25,822 nucleotides of DNA, taken from Coriobacteriia bacterium. Its GTDB lineage: Bacteria; Actinomycetota; Coriobacteriia; Anaerosomatales; Anaerosomataceae. A program made the position numbers and the translations under genes. Location of the stretch: positions 1 through 25,822 of the forward strand of contig JBBQIR010000030.1 in the NCBI GenBank assembly GCA_038325105.1, in the 5' to 3' direction. Position 1 is the first letter of the stretch; each line of letters begins with the position of its first letter. This document shows, piece by piece, positions 23,263 through 25,822 of this stretch. A model generated the notes under the pieces. The model was not told where the DNA came from and did not search any database. It saw nothing but the letters and a program-made list of their open reading frames with translations.

Positions 23263-24066
23263 CTAGGCTGCAGGCTTCTCGACTGCCTTCTTCTCTGGCA
23301 CGGGGTGAATCGTCGCATCGTTCATGTCGAGCTCAGCAAGCCATCCGGCGTGCTCTTTCTTGGCGTGGGCCAGCGATACGTAGCCCGTGAACATCGAGCG
23401 CAGAAGGGGCCAGCTGCTGGGTAGGATCGCTGCGAAGAAGATGTGCGCGAGGAAGAACGCGAGCATTGCGACAGTCGCCACATCATGTGCGGGCGTCGCG
23501 ATCGCCATGATCGCAGGCGGCATGTTGATGGCGTGCGCCGCGACCTTGAGCAGGCCGGTGAGGATGATCACGGCCGTCGAGGCGAGAGCGAGCAGAAACG
23601 CCATCTTCTCGGACTCAAAGTACTTGCGCTCCGGCGGGAAGGTGAACTTCTTGAAGCCGAGCAACAGTCCGTAGTGGCGCTTGGTGTACTCGATGGCATC
23701 CTTCGTCGGCAGGTGCTCCCTGAATCGTTTGGTTGCGAGGAGCGTGTTTGCCGCGTAGTAGAAGGTCCCGAACAAGAAGACAACGACCGCCACAAAATGG
23801 ACGTTCATTGTCAGCCAGATGGGCTTCCCGCCTCCGACAAGTGCCGGAACGAACCAGATGCCGAGCATGATACCGCTGACAAGCAGCACCGCCGTGCCGA
23901 TCCCGTGGGCCCAGTGTTCGATTCTGGCCGCACCATCGTGTCTCAGAACTTGGTCGCCCTCAATCACGGGATCCTTGCGGGTTGTTAGCCCCGCAGCGAA
24001 GACGCCAAGAAGCGGCGCCAGCCACACGAGCCACGTGGCAGTGTCGAACAAGAGTACGCTTTTCAT
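23263..24066 (-). CDS. Membrane b-type cytochrome subunit (Ni/Fe-hydrogenase / formate-dehydrogenase gamma / PhsC-YdhU-like), 267 aa
   Basis: 4-5 TM helices. A conserved His-containing start of helix 1/2 (LRHDGAARIEHWAHGIGTAVLLVSG) resembles the heme-ligating RHxxxxRxxHW region of FdnI/HyaC-type cytochromes b. It is the first gene of the minus-strand operon. Confidence 0.65.
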   Translation of the reverse strand: MKSVLLFDTATWLVWLAPLLGVFAAGLTTRKDPVIEGDQVLRHDGAARIEHWAHGIGTAVLLVSGIMLGIWFVPALVGGGKPIWLTMNVHFVAVVVFLFGTFYYAANTLLATKRFREHLPTKDAIEYTKRHYGLLLGFKKFTFPPERKYFESEKMAFLLALASTAVIILTGLLKVAAHAINMPPAIMAIATPAHDVATVAMLAFFLAHIFFAAILPSSWPLLRSMFTGYVSLAHAKKEHAGWLAELDMNDATIHPVPEKKAVEKPAA

Positions 24067-24542
24067 GCCTCACCCTTTCCCCTGGGTCGAGTAGATCCTG
24101 CGTCGCCTTGCCGGGGCGATAGACCACATGACCATCCTCGAGACCGCCAGCCTCATTGCGCATACCGTGTCGCAGACCTTGATCCGATGTCCGGTCGGAG
24201 TCGTACTAATTCTTCTGCGATTAGTATGTCGATGACCAGAATAGCACTTATCGTACCGATTTCATAATATTCGCACTTCAGATACCCTGCATGGTATTTT
24301 GTCTGCTCGCTCGCAGTGGCCTGGTGCACGCCTCATCGACAATTTGAGTACGCCATTTGAGTCTGTAATACCACCATCTGTCCCTAATAGCTTCTCACGA
24401 GACTGTCCCCTGCGTTACGTCCTTGACCCCACACTCGCATCCATGAATTGCGCTTGATCCTGCATCCGCTTTCGCCGCGGTCGCATATGCCCTGACCTGC
24501 TCTTTGCTTGTCTCGACGACGCGCTCGGACGCCACGACCGTG

Positions 24543-24551
24543 TGTTATTAT
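24543..24551 (+). promoter_or_regulatory. Candidate extended -10 promoter element (TGtTATTAT) about 68 nt upstream of the Fic-like gene
   Basis: TG at 24543-24544, T, then TATTAT at 24546-24551, read directly. No convincing -35. Speculative. Confidence 0.25.
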
Positions 24552-24618
24552 GATGTCGACAAGAAACTGGTAACTTGACCAGTCGGCACGAAGACGGTCA
24601 TCACCTGGAGAGAACTGA

Positions 24619-25822
24619 ATGAATAAGCCAACCGACCCGCAAATCGCCGCAAGGTTGCTTGGCGCACTGGGCGAGGGACAACTCGACTACCTCTTCCAGA
24701 CAGCCCACGTGGACTACTCCGAGCGGCACAGTATCGCTGGCACGAGTCGTACGCTCGGCTTGCCGATCGAGACCGTCGATGAATTTGTGTCGGCAGTCAG
24801 AAGAGCACAGGGACTCACCGTTCTCGCGGGCGCTTGGGGCGACTACTCCGGCTGGATCACGATTTCGGCCGAACTCGTTGAGTTGCTCCACGAGATCGAT
24901 ATCCGCTCAACATGGGACTTCCACGCGCGATCCGAGCTCCCTGAAGACGAAATACGAGCCCTCAAGAACGAGATCCTTATCGAAGAGGTGTTGCCGCTAG
25001 GCCTGACGCTTGGTGAGCTCTCGCCGGCCAACGACATCGAACTCTCACAGGCTAGGATCGGCGCACGACACATGCTGATGGATGGCACCGATCCGGGAAG
25101 CGAGTACGAGCGCTGGGTTCTGCGCTTCTACGAGCTGATGAAGCAGCTTCCTGAGCTCTCCGAGAAGCCCCTCACGCTGACGCGTCTTCTGGAACTGCAC
25201 TCGCTCCTGGTCTTGGACAAGAGCACCGGTGGCGTGTTCCGCACGACCGACGTCACCCTTGGCCCGGGAAGCGCACTACCAGCCGATGGTGCTGGCGTGC
25301 TGGCGACTCGGATACCAGGCGAAATGAACGCGATTGCCAGCTACGGAACTCGTGACCAGAAGCCTTTCGTCCATCCCCTCATCAAAGCAGTCATCCATTT
25401 CTATTGGATTCGCCGCGTACAGCCGTTCACTGTCGCCAACGGCCTCTTCGCCCGACTGGTCGCGCACATCTACGAGTACCAGCAAGGCTACCGGAGTTTG
25501 CCGTTCACCCCGCTCACCCGCACGGCGAGTCCGATGTGGGCGGTTCCGCCGCACGCTACCGAGGAGGGCTCCCGATTCGACGCCACGTCCTTCATCATCC
25601 AGCGTCTGTATCTCTTCCTCGACGCCTATATCGCTGCTGAACGCGAGACACGGGACGCGGTGGAGCGGCACCACTCACTGCAGACCCGGTTCGAACCACT
25701 TGGCATCAACCACCGCCAGGCGCGGATCCTTGACAAGGCTCTTGCTGCGCCGTCGGCTGTCTTCACCATTAGACGTCACGCCCTCTTGCGCGGACTCGCG
25801 TACGAGACCGCGCGGCAGGACT
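24619..25822 (+). CDS. Fic/Fido-like protein with degenerate active-site motif (QPFTVANGLFAR in place of HPFx[DE]GNGRxxR); partial, with ≥401 codons in the window and the stop beyond the window end
   Basis: Open frame from ATG 24619 (GGAGAG ribosome-binding site upstream) to the window end without a stop. It is absent from the track because it is not stop-terminated. The segment HPLIKAVIHFYWIRRVQPFTVANGLFARLVAHIYEYQQGY (nt 25396-25455 for the motif) aligns to the Fic core (ahxxFvrIHPFxDGNGRtxR) with H->Q, D->V, G->A, R->L substitutions. Confidence 0.4.
   Translation, partial: MNKPTDPQIAARLLGALGEGQLDYLFQTAHVDYSERHSIAGTSRTLGLPIETVDEFVSAVRRAQGLTVLAGAWGDYSGWITISAELVELLHEIDIRSTWDFHARSELPEDEIRALKNEILIEEVLPLGLTLGELSPANDIELSQARIGARHMLMDGTDPGSEYERWVLRFYELMKQLPELSEKPLTLTRLLELHSLLVLDKSTGGVFRTTDVTLGPGSALPADGAGVLATRIPGEMNAIASYGTRDQKPFVHPLIKAVIHFYWIRRVQPFTVANGLFARLVAHIYEYQQGYRSLPFTPLTRTASPMWAVPPHATEEGSRFDATSFIIQRLYLFLDAYIAAERETRDAVERHHSLQTRFEPLGINHRQARILDKALAAPSAVFTIRRHALLRGLAYETARQD

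Noticed and set aside
1-25822. CRISPR arrays, tRNA/rRNA genes, transposases/integrases/IS inverted repeats
   Set aside because: No spaced direct-repeat arrays, no tRNA-like T-loop (GGTTCGAATCC-type) segments in the non-coding gaps (5493-5694, 8688-8850, 24067-24618), and no ORF with transposase or integrase motifs were found.

Overview
High-GC (~65-68%) bacterial chromosomal window read on both strands. I support about 29 protein-coding genes, several 4-nt ATGA start/stop overlaps, three hairpin terminators between convergent genes, and a few regulatory repeats. Codon usage, the frequent GGAGG-type ribosome-binding sites and the gene content (Tat-exported Fe-S protein, aldehyde:ferredoxin oxidoreductase (AOR), B12 radical SAM, HemN-like radical SAM) suggest an anaerobic high-GC Gram-positive organism, possibly Actinomycetota/Coriobacteriia-like. 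That taxon is inference only.

Gene content, left to right:
- mscL, truncated at the window edge.
- A vapBC toxin-antitoxin pair with a repeat operator.
- A GGDEF diguanylate cyclase translationally coupled to prephenate dehydratase (pheA).
- larB-larC, two genes of nickel-pincer cofactor biosynthesis.
- An Fe-S-less MutY-like glycosylase.
- sufC-sufB.
- A promoter/terminator-bracketed 48-aa DnaJ-type zinc-finger mini-ORF that the six-frame track misses.
- A minus-strand HemN-like / heme O synthase / two small unknown proteins operon.
- A membrane acyltransferase-3-like protein coupled to a PaaK/F390-synthetase-like adenylate-forming ligase.
- A flotillin with a DUF2177-like membrane protein.
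- A secreted low-complexity protein with TVEPT repeats.
- The most unusual locus: a minus-strand operon of cytochrome b, a Tat-signal four-cluster ferredoxin, an AOR-family (YdhV-like) enzyme, a coupled 135-aa unknown and a cobalamin-binding radical SAM.
- A 550-bp AT-rich divergent regulatory region.
- A partial Fic/Fido-like gene with a degenerate catalytic motif.

The many arginine-rich ORFs in the supplied track are shadow frames of real genes and are rejected. No rRNA, tRNA, CRISPR array, transposase or integrase was seen.
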